This document shows, piece after piece, positions 36,519 to 45,468 of a DNA stretch of 60,841 nt. Made by a program: the position numbers and the translations under genes. The notes beneath the pieces are model-generated. The model worked only from the letters and a program-made list of their open reading frames with translations, was not told where the DNA came from and did not search any database. Every line of letters begins with the position of its first letter. Position 1 is the first letter of the stretch. Location of the stretch: assembly GCA_028714335.1 (NCBI GenBank), contig JAQTMM010000002.1, positions 1 to 60,841 on the forward strand, in the 5' to 3' direction. The stretch comes from Dehalococcoidales bacterium. Its GTDB lineage: Bacteria; Chloroflexota; Dehalococcoidia; Dehalococcoidales; RBG-16-60-22.

Positions 36519-37409
36519 TTGTATAATGACGGCATAGTGAACGTTTCTAACAACCCTGAAAACAAAACCTCGGTCGCTAAAGCAAACGCCGGGGTTTTTT
36601 CGTCTTCTGAAGACCTCTCCATTGTCTGTAAAAGACTCCGCCGCGATATCGTTACGATGATAGCCAAGGCCGGCAGCGGCCATCCCGGCGGCTCGCTTTC
36701 CGCCGTGGAAATCGTCGTCACGCTTTACTGGAAAGTCCTCCATCATAAGCCCGTCGACCCCGCCTGGCCGGGCCGCGACCGTTTTATCTTAAGCAAGGGA
36801 CACGCCGCCCCCGTCCTTTATGCCGCTCTGGCGGAATGCGGCTACTTCCCTAAAGCAGAACTTGATACCCTACGCAAAATTGACAGCCGCCTGCAGGGCC
36901 ACGCCGACCGCACCGCAACGCCCGGCGTTGAAATGTCATCGGGGTCTTTGGGGCAAGGTTTATCCTTTGCCGTCGGTTCAGCATTGGCCGGCAGATTAGA
37001 CAAAGCCCCCTGGCGTGTTTATGCCCTCTTGAGCGACGGCGAGTGCGACGAAGGGCAAACATGGGAAGCCGCCATGTCCGCCTCCATGTTCAAACTGGAC
37101 AACCTGACCGCCATTGTGGACAACAACGGCATCCAACTAAGCGGCTTTAATAAAGACATTATGAATGTTGACCCCCTTACTAAAAAGTTCGATTCCTTTG
37201 GCTGGCACGTCATTGAAATTGACGGCCACGACCTTAAACAGGTGCTAAACGCTATAAATCAAGCTAAAACAATCAAAGGCAAACCCGCCGCCATTATCGC
37301 GCACACCGTTAAGGGTAAGGGCGTCAGTTTTATGGAGAACAACGTGGACTTTCACGGTAAAGCTCCCAACGCCGAACAGCTGGAACAAGCCTTAAAGGAG
37401 CTGGCTTAA
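36519..37409 (+). CDS. Transketolase, N-terminal (TPP-binding) subunit
   Basis: SGHPGGSLS, GHAAP and LSDGECDEG motifs are present. The start is uncertain. The ORF-track start is a TTG that lies inside a TATAAT hexamer (36522-36527), and an in-frame GTG follows at 36537. Confidence 0.85.
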   Translation: MYNDGIVNVSNNPENKTSVAKANAGVFSSSEDLSIVCKRLRRDIVTMIAKAGSGHPGGSLSAVEIVVTLYWKVLHHKPVDPAWPGRDRFILSKGHAAPVLYAALAECGYFPKAELDTLRKIDSRLQGHADRTATPGVEMSSGSLGQGLSFAVGSALAGRLDKAPWRVYALLSDGECDEGQTWEAAMSASMFKLDNLTAIVDNNGIQLSGFNKDIMNVDPLTKKFDSFGWHVIEIDGHDLKQVLNAINQAKTIKGKPAAIIAHTVKGKGVSFMENNVDFHGKAPNAEQLEQALKELA

Positions 37410-37410
37410 T

Positions 37411-38352
37411 ATGCCGGAAGAAGTTGCCCCGCGCGAGGTCTTCGGTAAGACATTAGTGGAACTGGGGAAAGAGAATCCCGATATCGTCGTGCTGGACGCC
37501 GACCTTTCGCCTTCCACTATGACCAAGTATTTTAAGGAAGCTTATCCGGAACGTTTTATCGAGGTCGGTATCGCCGAGGCGAATATGATAGGCATCGCCG
37601 CCGGTTTGGCGGCTAACGGCAAGATACCCTTCGCCAGCACCTTCGCCGTCTTTGCCACCTCCCGCTGCTTTGACCAGATACGTGTCTCGGTGGCGCAATC
37701 CAAGCTCAACGTTAAGATAGTCTCTACCCACTCCGGCCTCTCCGTGGGCGAGGACGGCGCGTCCCACCAGGCTTTAGAGGACCTGGCTTTAATTTGTTCC
37801 CTCCCCAACTTCACCGTTATAGTCCCTGCTGATGGCGTAGAAACCGCCCAGGTCATCCGCGCTGTAGCCGCCCATAACGGCCCCTGTTACATCAGGTTGA
37901 TTCGCGGCAAATCTCCGGTTGTTTTCGATGACAATTATAAGTTCCAGATTGGTAAAGCCGCTTTAATGCGTCAGGGTAACGACGCCACGATTATGGCCAT
38001 TAGCACGATGGTCGCCCCTGCTTTAGAAGCCACCAATGCCTTAGCGAGTGAAGGGATAAAATGCCGCGTGCTAAACATGTCCACGCTTAAGCCGATTGAT
38101 GTTGATGCAATACTTAAAGCCGCGAAAGAAACCGGCGGTATCGTTACTGCGGAAGAACATCAGGAACACGGAGGCTTGGGTAATACCGTCGCCAGAGTTT
38201 TAGCGGAACAATACCCCACCCCTATGGAACTCGTCGCGGTGAAAGATAAGTTCGGTATGTCCGGCAAACCCGCTGAGCTTTTAGAGCGTTACGGCCTCAC
38301 CGCCAAAGACATTGCAGCAGCCGTGAAAAAAGTCATTAAGAGAAAAGTTTAA
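37411..38352 (+). CDS. Transketolase, C-terminal (pyrimidine-binding) subunit
   Basis: 313 aa with GIAEANMIGIAAGLA and EDGASHQALEDL motifs. It starts 1 nt after the N-terminal subunit stop codon. Confidence 0.9.
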   Translation: MPEEVAPREVFGKTLVELGKENPDIVVLDADLSPSTMTKYFKEAYPERFIEVGIAEANMIGIAAGLAANGKIPFASTFAVFATSRCFDQIRVSVAQSKLNVKIVSTHSGLSVGEDGASHQALEDLALICSLPNFTVIVPADGVETAQVIRAVAAHNGPCYIRLIRGKSPVVFDDNYKFQIGKAALMRQGNDATIMAISTMVAPALEATNALASEGIKCRVLNMSTLKPIDVDAILKAAKETGGIVTAEEHQEHGGLGNTVARVLAEQYPTPMELVAVKDKFGMSGKPAELLERYGLTAKDIAAAVKKVIKRKV

Positions 38353-38358
38353 TATTTT

Positions 38359-38709
38359 GTCATTCCAGCGCAGGCTGGAATCCACTCTAGGCAATAATGT
38401 TATACAGGTCTTTCCAGTCTGGATTAGCTTCTTCGATTAACCTTATCTTCCAATTACGATGCCAGACTTTTAACCGTTTTTCTCTCTGAATCGCCGATTC
38501 AATATTTTCACATTGTTCGTAAAAAACGAGCATATGTACGCCATACTTTTTGGTGAATCCTTCAACGAAGTCATTTTTATGTTCGTAGACTCTTTTCACA
38601 AGGTCGTTTGTAACACCTATATAAAGAGTCCCATGTCGTTTACTTGCTAATATGTAAACGTAATATGACTTCACTTTCAAAAGTAGATTCTGGCCTTCGC
38701 CAGAATGAC
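38359..38709 (-). mobile_element. GIY-YIG mini-element A: single small GIY-YIG gene bounded by hairpin-forming inverted repeats
   Basis: The left end is GTCATTCCAGCGCAGGCTGGAATC (38359-38382). The right end is GATTCTGGCCTTCGCCAGAATGAC (38686-38709). The two ends are inverted copies of each other, and each folds into an 8-bp hairpin. Differences between the ends are compensatory within the stems. Confidence 0.5.
38387..38680 (-). CDS. GIY-YIG nuclease family protein (small YhbQ/UPF0213-like)
   Basis: 97 aa with the segment YYVYILASKRHGTLYIGVTNDLVKRVYEHK...REKRLKVWHRNWK. Confidence 0.85.
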   Translation of the reverse strand: MKVKSYYVYILASKRHGTLYIGVTNDLVKRVYEHKNDFVEGFTKKYGVHMLVFYEQCENIESAIQREKRLKVWHRNWKIRLIEEANPDWKDLYNIIA

Positions 38710-38717
38710 ACCTGCCC

Positions 38718-39200
38718 TTAGTCCAACGCGGTAATCGTCGTCGCGGGCCTTTCCTTCATCTCCACTTTTATCCCCGCCTCCTTAAAAAGCCCGATAAACG
38801 TATCGTCGTCGTATTTTCCAAAACTCACAAAGCGCGCTATCTTGGCGTTGACCAGCATCTTGGCGCATAAAACACACGGCGTGTGCGTGCAGTAAACGGT
38901 GCTGCCCTCTAAACTTACGCCGTGCAGCCCCGCCTGAATAATCACATTCTGCTCGGCATGGATGGCGCGGCAGATTTCCTGCCTCGTCCCCGATGGTATT
39001 TTCAGTTCGTCCCTGATGCATCCCAGCTCCAGACAGTCTTTAGCCCCCGCCGGCGCCCCGTTATAACCAGTCGTTAAAATATGTTTATCCCTTACCGCTA
39101 TCGCCCCCATGTGGTGCCGCAAACACGTTGACCGCTCCGCCACCACCGAGGCTATCTTTAAAAAATACTCGTCTATATCCGGGCGCTTTGGTGTCGTCAT
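38718..39200 (-). CDS. Deoxycytidylate (dCMP) deaminase, ComEB-like
   Basis: 160 aa with the zinc motifs HAEQNVI and PCVLCAK. Confidence 0.85.
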   Translation of the reverse strand: MTTPKRPDIDEYFLKIASVVAERSTCLRHHMGAIAVRDKHILTTGYNGAPAGAKDCLELGCIRDELKIPSGTRQEICRAIHAEQNVIIQAGLHGVSLEGSTVYCTHTPCVLCAKMLVNAKIARFVSFGKYDDDTFIGLFKEAGIKVEMKERPATTITALD

Positions 39201-39739
39201 CTCAACCTCGCTACAATTCTTTCTACCTGTTTCCTTAAATCGCTGATGGAGCCTGTATTCAGTATTGTAAAATCCGCCATGCAGATAGGCCCGCCCTTGT
39301 TCAAATTTTCTATCTCTGCGCGGTCGCGGCTAACGGCCTGCTGCAGCGTTAGTGGTCGGTACTTACGGTTCACCAGCCGTTTATACCTGTCCTCCGGCGA
39401 TGCCCACACCGCTACCACCATAAATTGGTTTTTATAATAATCCTTTAGATAAATGTACTCCTCCCACGAGTAAAGCCCATCCACCACTACATTACGGGTT
39501 TTGAGCGCATCATCTATCTTGGGCACGCTCAACTTGGCGTATGCCGCCATGCCGTGCTCCTGCCGGATGCGCTCCCTGACCGGCCTCTCGTTTTCCTCTG
39601 ATAAAGGTAGCCCCTGCTGCTTGACGGCTTCGTCGGTGATTTCTCCAAAGCGCACCGTCGTGTAGCCTTTGGCGTTGAAAAAACGCGCTATTTCCGACTT
39701 CCCTGACCCTGTCATTCCGACTATTGCTACAATCTTCAT
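39197..39739 (-). CDS. P-loop nucleotide/nucleoside-monophosphate kinase-like protein
   Basis: Walker A motif VGMTGSGKS. I prefer the start MKIVAIVG at 39739. It lies 6 nt downstream of a TATAAT hexamer with a TTGTCA 18 nt further upstream, which suggests a possible leaderless mRNA. The gene overlaps the dCMP deaminase gene by 4 nt. Confidence 0.6.
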   Translation of the reverse strand: MKIVAIVGMTGSGKSEIARFFNAKGYTTVRFGEITDEAVKQQGLPLSEENERPVRERIRQEHGMAAYAKLSVPKIDDALKTRNVVVDGLYSWEEYIYLKDYYKNQFMVVAVWASPEDRYKRLVNRKYRPLTLQQAVSRDRAEIENLNKGGPICMADFTILNTGSISDLRKQVERIVARLR

Positions 39740-39841
39740 ACCGTCATTATAAGGCGTTGCGCCCATAAATGACAATGACAATTTTCGGCATTTTTGGATA
39801 AGCACGCAGGTTTTTAAACTTGGTATAATCTAGTTGCTGAT

Positions 39842-40753
39842 ATGGAAAACAAAATTGTTATACGAAAAGCCCTGGACATTATTGATAGCCGCATCGCTGA
39901 AGGGATAACACCCGGCGAACTGGCAAAAGAATGTGGATATTCCACAATTCACTTTAGCCGATTGTTTTCCGGCATAACGGGAATGACGCTGATGGCTTAT
40001 ATCACCCGTCGCAAACTCCAATATGCGCTTTATGATATCAGTTGCAGCGAAAAAATCATTGACGTTGCAGTGAAATACAGCTTTGAAACTCACGCCGGAT
40101 TTACCAGAGCTTTTAAAAAATGTTTTGGTTATCCACCATCTATTTACAGAATTCACGCCATTTGCAGTCGGCCGACGAGAATGGATTTGGATGAACTAAT
40201 AAGTATCATATCAGGAGGAATATTAATGTATCCGGAAATATTGCAAATGGAGCCTATTACAGTTGTCGGCTTTACCACCCGTCATAAAATACCCAACGTA
40301 AAGTATACTCACGATATCCCGCTCTACTGGGACACCATCAACATGGATTACGGTGAACCCCTCACGCGCTTGCATGACCTTTTCAACAAATCCAAGCATT
40401 GCGAGATTACTGTATGCTTCGACATCAATTCAGAAACAGGTGAATTTACCTATCTCCTCGGCGTTGGTGTGGATAATCCGGAGGACTTTAAAAAAGTTGA
40501 ATCGGATATGTATGTAATGAAGACGGCGCGCGGATTGTATGCTAGGTTCACCACCCCTCTCATCGAAGACTCGAAACACATCCAGGCGGTCAGGGATACC
40601 TGGAACAAAATATTCGATAGCTGGCTGCCGGCATCCGGCTATGCGTTCGATGAGAAACGGAACGACTTTGAGTACTACGACGAAAGAGATCACATCTCAC
40701 ACAATAAAGGTATGGTACAAATAGAAATCTTTATCCCTATCAAGAAGCGTTAA
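39842..40753 (+). CDS. AraC family transcriptional regulator with GyrI-like effector-binding domain
   Basis: 303 aa. It has an N-terminal AraC HTH (GYSTIHFSRLFSGITGMTLMAYITRRKL...GFTRAFKKCFGYPP) and a C-terminal GyrI-like domain. Confidence 0.85.
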   Translation: MENKIVIRKALDIIDSRIAEGITPGELAKECGYSTIHFSRLFSGITGMTLMAYITRRKLQYALYDISCSEKIIDVAVKYSFETHAGFTRAFKKCFGYPPSIYRIHAICSRPTRMDLDELISIISGGILMYPEILQMEPITVVGFTTRHKIPNVKYTHDIPLYWDTINMDYGEPLTRLHDLFNKSKHCEITVCFDINSETGEFTYLLGVGVDNPEDFKKVESDMYVMKTARGLYARFTTPLIEDSKHIQAVRDTWNKIFDSWLPASGYAFDEKRNDFEYYDERDHISHNKGMVQIEIFIPIKKR

Positions 40754-40829
40754 TCGTGTTGGTGAATGGAGAGGGGGTAATACTCCTCTCCTCTCTTTTT
40801 AGACGCTCTGTGCTATACTACTTGATAAG

Positions 40830-42086
40830 ATGAGCGCATCCGAACAGAACAACCTGTCCGAAATAATTGAAGAGCAGCTTCCCGGCGATATTTTCCACTT
40901 TATCCAGCACGCCGGCGACACCGCTAACAGCCTCCAGCAGCGCATTTACCTGGTGGGTGGGGTTGTTCGTGACCTGCTCCTTGAACGCATTAATCTTGAT
41001 ATTGATTTAGTCGTTGAGGGGGACGCCATTAAGCTGGCGCAGGCTATCAACAGCGAGGGCCGCGCCCAACTCGTTACCCACCCACGCTTTGGCACCGCTA
41101 AGCTAAAGTGGGGACACCGCAGCGTGGACTTCGCTACCGCCCGCGCCGAAAGCTATGCCCACCCCGGCGCTTTACCCACCATCCACCCCGGCACGATTAA
41201 TGATGACCTTAAGCGGCGCGACTTTGCGATTAACGCCATGGCCGTCGAGCTTAATCCACGCCACTTCGGCGAGCTTATTGACCCCTTTGACGGCTGCGGC
41301 GACCTTAACCGCCAGCACATTAGGGTCTTACATGAAAAAAGCTTTGTTGACGACGCCACGCGTATCTGGCGCGCCTTGCGTTATGAACAACGGCTGGATT
41401 TTACCATCGAACCGGCGACACGCCTACTACTTAAGCGTGATATTGTTTACCTGAAAACCATCAGCGGCGACCGTATCCGCCATGAGCTGGAGTTAGTTTT
41501 ACGCGAAGAACAGCCGGAAAAAGCCCTGTGCCGCGCTTTTGAACTGGACGTTTTAACCACCCTCCACCCCGCTTTAAAAGGCGATAGCTGGCTGATCGAG
41601 GCTTTTAAGGCGGCACGCGTACGCTGCCTCCCCGATTTACCCCACCCCGACTTTTATCTGGCGCTTTTATGCTACCGACTAACAGCTAACCACCTGGAGC
41701 AATTGATTCAGTATCTACGCCCGGCTAAAACCACCACACAGGTATTGCAGGATACTATAGCAATCAAAGAAAAAACCAAAGAGCTCAAATCCCGGCGCCT
41801 GGCGCCCAGCGAGGTTTACGAGATTTTAAACGGTTATCACCCGGTTGCCTATGCTGTTAACGCCATAGCCGCCGGTGCTTCCGCCGCCGACTATATCGAG
41901 CTTTACTTGAATGTTTTAAGAAATGTTAAGCCCGCCCTCACCGGCGAGGCTTTAAAGAAACTGGGTGTTAAACAGGGACCACGAATTAAAGAGGTCTTAT
42001 CTAAACTGCGCCACGCCCGCCTCGATGGTAAAATCACTACCAAAAAACAAGAAGAGGAGTGGGTAGCAAAACGCCACTCCTCATAA
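40830..42086 (+). CDS. tRNA nucleotidyltransferase/poly(A) polymerase family protein (CCA-adding type)
   Basis: 418 aa with the motifs GGVVRDLLL, DIDLVV and RRDFAINAMA. Confidence 0.8.
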   Translation: MSASEQNNLSEIIEEQLPGDIFHFIQHAGDTANSLQQRIYLVGGVVRDLLLERINLDIDLVVEGDAIKLAQAINSEGRAQLVTHPRFGTAKLKWGHRSVDFATARAESYAHPGALPTIHPGTINDDLKRRDFAINAMAVELNPRHFGELIDPFDGCGDLNRQHIRVLHEKSFVDDATRIWRALRYEQRLDFTIEPATRLLLKRDIVYLKTISGDRIRHELELVLREEQPEKALCRAFELDVLTTLHPALKGDSWLIEAFKAARVRCLPDLPHPDFYLALLCYRLTANHLEQLIQYLRPAKTTTQVLQDTIAIKEKTKELKSRRLAPSEVYEILNGYHPVAYAVNAIAAGASAADYIELYLNVLRNVKPALTGEALKKLGVKQGPRIKEVLSKLRHARLDGKITTKKQEEEWVAKRHSS

Positions 42087-42093
42087 TGTCGCC

Positions 42094-42600
42094 CTACTCT
42101 ACCTTTTTGAACGCTTTAGCCCCCGCCCCACAAACCGCGCACTTATCCGGCGCGCTGCCTTTAACGGTATTGCCGCACACCTGGCAAACGTAATAGTCCT
42201 CGTTCTTGAGCTTCTTGCCTTCCTTCACCGCCATATAAGCGTCCTCGAAGTAACCATAGTGGATTTTCTCCACCCGGTTCGCCCAGTCAAAGGACCTTTC
42301 CGCCCGGTCGTTGCTCTCTTTACGCGCCGTCTCGATGAAAAACGGGTACATCTCGGTGAATTCCGTCCTCTCTCCCATGCTTGCCCCCAGCAGATTGTCT
42401 TTGGTCTTCCCTATAGCGTCAATGACGTTCAGGTGGTTGCGCGCATGCACTAATTCCGCCGCCGCCACCGCTCGGAAGAGCTTTGCCGCCTGCGGATAAC
42501 CTTCTTCATCCGCCTTTTCAGCAAAAAATAAATAGCGCCGGTTGGCCTGGCATTCTCCACTGAAAGCTTCAAGAACATACTTTTCCGTCCTATATTCCAT
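42094..42600 (-). CDS. Rubrerythrin
   Basis: 168 aa. It has a ferritin-like diiron domain (E..E..H pattern) and a C-terminal rubredoxin motif CQVCG...CAVCG. Confidence 0.9.
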   Translation of the reverse strand: MEYRTEKYVLEAFSGECQANRRYLFFAEKADEEGYPQAAKLFRAVAAAELVHARNHLNVIDAIGKTKDNLLGASMGERTEFTEMYPFFIETARKESNDRAERSFDWANRVEKIHYGYFEDAYMAVKEGKKLKNEDYYVCQVCGNTVKGSAPDKCAVCGAGAKAFKKVE

Positions 42601-42634
42601 GATAATCCTCCAAGCAGTATTACCTGATTTTACA

Positions 42635-43453
42635 TTATGAATAGTAGGTGATACGAGCCTCCTTACGCGGCGGGATGCGCTGGTACTTGAACACGGGATA
42701 CCCGACCATCATAGCACCGTAGATTCTCATGCCCTTCGGCAGCGCCACGGCTTTAACCATTGCCGGGAATGATTGCGCCGCCATTTGGAAAAATCCGTTC
42801 CAGCAGCACCCCAGCCCGGCCGCTTTGGCCGCGAGGTCGAAGTAGCTGGCGGCAATAACCCCATCAATGGCCGCGATGGGGCTGTTCATTTCGGCAATGG
42901 TGCAGACTACCACCGGCGCGTTGCGCAGGAAGATGTTGATGCCCAATTCGTGCATTTTTACCACACCCTTCATTTCCACCGCCCAGGGTGCATCTCCCTC
43001 CGCCATCGAACGGAACCAGTCCACTCCGATGGCTGTCATTTCCTTTAGCTTTTCTTTGTCGTCAATGACCAGCCATTGCACTTCCTGCATATTATGGCCC
43101 GTCGGCGCGTACCGGGCAACGTCTATTATCTTCTCGATTTCTTCCCGCGGCACCGGCTTGTCCTGATATTCTCGGATGGACCGCCGGCTCTTTATTAACT
43201 GCGCCACCTGTTTGAAGGACGGCTCCAAAGTTTTATCTATCGGCGGGCAGTTTTCCAGCGGGAACTCCTTGTGCGTCAGGCTGCCGGTGGGGCAAATACC
43301 CACACAATGACCGCAGCGCATACAAAATTCATCGCCGTTGGGAAAAAAGCGGGGGTAGTCATTCTCCCTGGGTATAATCAAATTCGCCCCGCAAATAATC
43401 GCGCAGGCGTTGCACTTGGTGCAGGTCTCTTTATTTATCTCGACAATCGCCAT
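42635..43453 (-). CDS. Nitroreductase family protein with N-terminal 2x[4Fe-4S] ferredoxin domain
   Basis: 272 aa with the ferredoxin motifs CTKCNACAIIC and CMRCGHCVGICP, followed by a nitroreductase fold (RRSIREY...). Confidence 0.8.
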   Translation of the reverse strand: MAIVEINKETCTKCNACAIICGANLIIPRENDYPRFFPNGDEFCMRCGHCVGICPTGSLTHKEFPLENCPPIDKTLEPSFKQVAQLIKSRRSIREYQDKPVPREEIEKIIDVARYAPTGHNMQEVQWLVIDDKEKLKEMTAIGVDWFRSMAEGDAPWAVEMKGVVKMHELGINIFLRNAPVVVCTIAEMNSPIAAIDGVIAASYFDLAAKAAGLGCCWNGFFQMAAQSFPAMVKAVALPKGMRIYGAMMVGYPVFKYQRIPPRKEARITYYS

Positions 43454-43473
43454 TATAATAACTCCTCGATTTT

Positions 43474-44310
43474 TTATATCGTTTGTGCTACGTATGACCT
43501 GGCATTGTGTTCGCGGCAGATATTGTAGAAAGTTTTTGCCCCACCCTCGTCAGGGAAGATGGCGAATAACGTTGGCCCCGCCCCGGCTAAATGTATCGAT
43601 ATCCCCTGCCGGATGCAGCCCCTGATGTAATAGGCGATGTCGGGGTACATCTCTACGGCAATATCCTCGAAGGCGTTGCACAGCATCCCCGGCGTGATTA
43701 TTTTACCTCCCTTTATCGCCTCCGCCAATTGCATTGTTGTTTTCCCGTCGCTATAGCTGGAGGGCTTTAGGACGCCGTACATTTTTGCCGTCTTCCCGGC
43801 TTCAACCTCGATTTCCGGGAACAGCAGCACGACCCATAGCTTTTTAACCGGGGGGAGGGGCTTTATTATTTCTCCCCGCCCTTCTGCTAACGCCGTGCCG
43901 CCTTTTAAGAAAAATCCCACGTCCGACCCCAACTTACTGGCCATTTTAAGTAATTCATCATCGGATATGTTTAATGCGTATAATTCGTTAATGCCTTTGA
44001 GCAATGCCGCCGCATCGGAGCTATCACCACCCAAGCCCGCTATCATGGGGATGTTTTTCTCTATCTTTACCTTTACTCCACCCCCCATTTCACCCGGCAA
44101 AAGGTCTATAACCTTGCTTATCAGGCTCTTTTCCGCCAACCAGCCCGGAAGTGCACATTCACAGGTAAAACCCCGCCCTTTTTCAACGTAGAGCGTGTCA
44201 TACAGGTCTATCGTCTGGAGGACGCTGACTATCTCGTGGTAGCCGTCGTTACGCTTCCCCACCACCTCAAAAGTGAGGTTTATCTTGGCGGGGGCTTTAA
44301 TCGTCAGCAT
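43474..44310 (-). CDS. ispE: 4-(cytidine 5'-diphospho)-2-C-methyl-D-erythritol kinase
   Basis: 278 aa with N-terminal APAKINLTF and the GHMP kinase motif IPMIAGLGGDSSDAAA. Confidence 0.9.
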   Translation of the reverse strand: MLTIKAPAKINLTFEVVGKRNDGYHEIVSVLQTIDLYDTLYVEKGRGFTCECALPGWLAEKSLISKVIDLLPGEMGGGVKVKIEKNIPMIAGLGGDSSDAAALLKGINELYALNISDDELLKMASKLGSDVGFFLKGGTALAEGRGEIIKPLPPVKKLWVVLLFPEIEVEAGKTAKMYGVLKPSSYSDGKTTMQLAEAIKGGKIITPGMLCNAFEDIAVEMYPDIAYYIRGCIRQGISIHLAGAGPTLFAIFPDEGGAKTFYNICREHNARSYVAQTI

Positions 44311-44312
44311 GC

Positions 44313-45188
44313 CTACTTTTTCCCCCGGCTGTACACATTATGCAAATTCGCCCACTCCTCCAGCGTAAAGGTCTCCGCCCGGCGCTGCGGGTCCAGTCCT
44401 GCTTTAGCCAGCAGCCTCACCGCTGCCTCTTTATCTATGTGTAAACCCTGTGCCAGCGAGTTCGCCACCTGCTTGCGCGCTGCGGTGAATCCCGCCCGCA
44501 CCAGCTTAAAGAACCCTTCAACATCCTTCACCGGCACGGGAGGGTTGTCATACACGTCTATCTTAAGAACGGCGGAGTCCACTTCCGGCGGGGGGAAAAA
44601 GGAGGCGGCGGGAACGTTCGCTACGATTTCCGGTTTGCCGTAGAACTGCACCGCGATACTTAAAACCGAGCGGCCGCCCGCCTTCGCAGCTATCACTTCG
44701 GCGACTTCTTTTTGCACCATGACCACCATCGTTGCGGGCTTTACTGACGCTTCCAGGAAGTGCCGCAGCACCGGCGAGGTTATGTAGTACGGCAGATTGG
44801 CGACGACTTTATAAGAACGGAGTTGCGGGGGGAAGTGCGGGGCGCTGCCCTGCATCAATTTAGCCGGGTTGGTGCCGAGGACGTCCTCGTTGATGACAAC
44901 GATGTTTTCGGCTTCAAGGTTATCCTGCAGTAACGACGCCAGCCGGTTGTCCAGCTCTATAGCGATGACCCACCCCGCCCGTTTGGCGAGTTCCCGGGTC
45001 ATTAACCCCAGCCCCGGCCCCACCTCAATGACGGTGTCCTCCGGCGTTAAAGCGGCGGCATCGAGGATTTGCTCCAGGACAGCGTCGTCAATAAGGAAAT
45101 GCTGCCCCAGTTTCTTGCGCGTCTGGATGTTATAGCGGCGCAGCAGCTTCTTGGTTACCGCCGCCATGGAGGCGTCTTTGTTACTCAT
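44313..45188 (-). CDS. rsmA: 16S rRNA (adenine1518/1519-N6)-dimethyltransferase
   Basis: KKLGQHFL and VIEVGPGLG motifs are present. I truncated the start to the ATG at 45188 (MSNKDAS...). The 58-codon upstream extension in the ORF track runs through the SRP RNA gene. Confidence 0.9.
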   Translation of the reverse strand: MSNKDASMAAVTKKLLRRYNIQTRKKLGQHFLIDDAVLEQILDAAALTPEDTVIEVGPGLGLMTRELAKRAGWVIAIELDNRLASLLQDNLEAENIVVINEDVLGTNPAKLMQGSAPHFPPQLRSYKVVANLPYYITSPVLRHFLEASVKPATMVVMVQKEVAEVIAAKAGGRSVLSIAVQFYGKPEIVANVPAASFFPPPEVDSAVLKIDVYDNPPVPVKDVEGFFKLVRAGFTAARKQVANSLAQGLHIDKEAAVRLLAKAGLDPQRRAETFTLEEWANLHNVYSRGKK

Positions 45189-45198
45189 AATAAAAGGA

Positions 45199-45468
45199 GG
45201 CCGTGCATCCCATCCTCGACTTTGACTAACGGCTTGCCCGGGCCAGCCGGCTCCAGCCAGGCTAACCTGCGGCACCCAGAATATACTATTTACCGCTGCT
45301 TCCTCTCGGACCTCACGGGGTTCATAGCGATCTGCCGCGCAGGACCCAGCCTTCAACGCCACTTAACCAGGGCAGTCCCACCAGACAAAAGCCTCAAACA
45401 GGCTTTCGACCCTGCTATAGCGGATTTCAGGTACAGGGCACCGCTGGCTCCCCATCTAGCACGACCTC
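45199..45468 (-). ncRNA. ffs: Signal recognition particle RNA, large (Bacillus-type, with Alu domain)
   Basis: The minus strand reads GGUCGUGCUAGAUGGGGAGCCAGCGGUGCCCUGUACCUGAAAUCCGCUAUAGCAGGG at the 5' end. Further in, it shows the domain IV motif GGUCCGAGAGGAAGCAGC with a GAGA (GNRA) tetraloop. The 5' GGUCGUGC pairs with the 3' GCACGGCC to close the molecule. The ends are approximate. Confidence 0.8.

Noticed and set aside
38718-39739. dCMP deaminase plus P-loop kinase next to a GIY-YIG gene, considered as a possible nucleotide-depletion anti-phage module
   Set aside because: The deaminase is a standard ComEB-type housekeeping enzyme with a short canonical length. It has no sensor or effector fusion and sits among housekeeping genes. 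The adjacency to the GIY-YIG element is better explained by element insertion into an intergenic gap.
45189-45362. 58-codon N-terminal extension of the rsmA ORF (ORF track 44313..45362)
   Set aside because: The extension runs straight through the SRP RNA gene and has no similarity to RsmA. The canonical RsmA N-terminus (KKLGQHFL region) begins shortly after the ATG at 45188.
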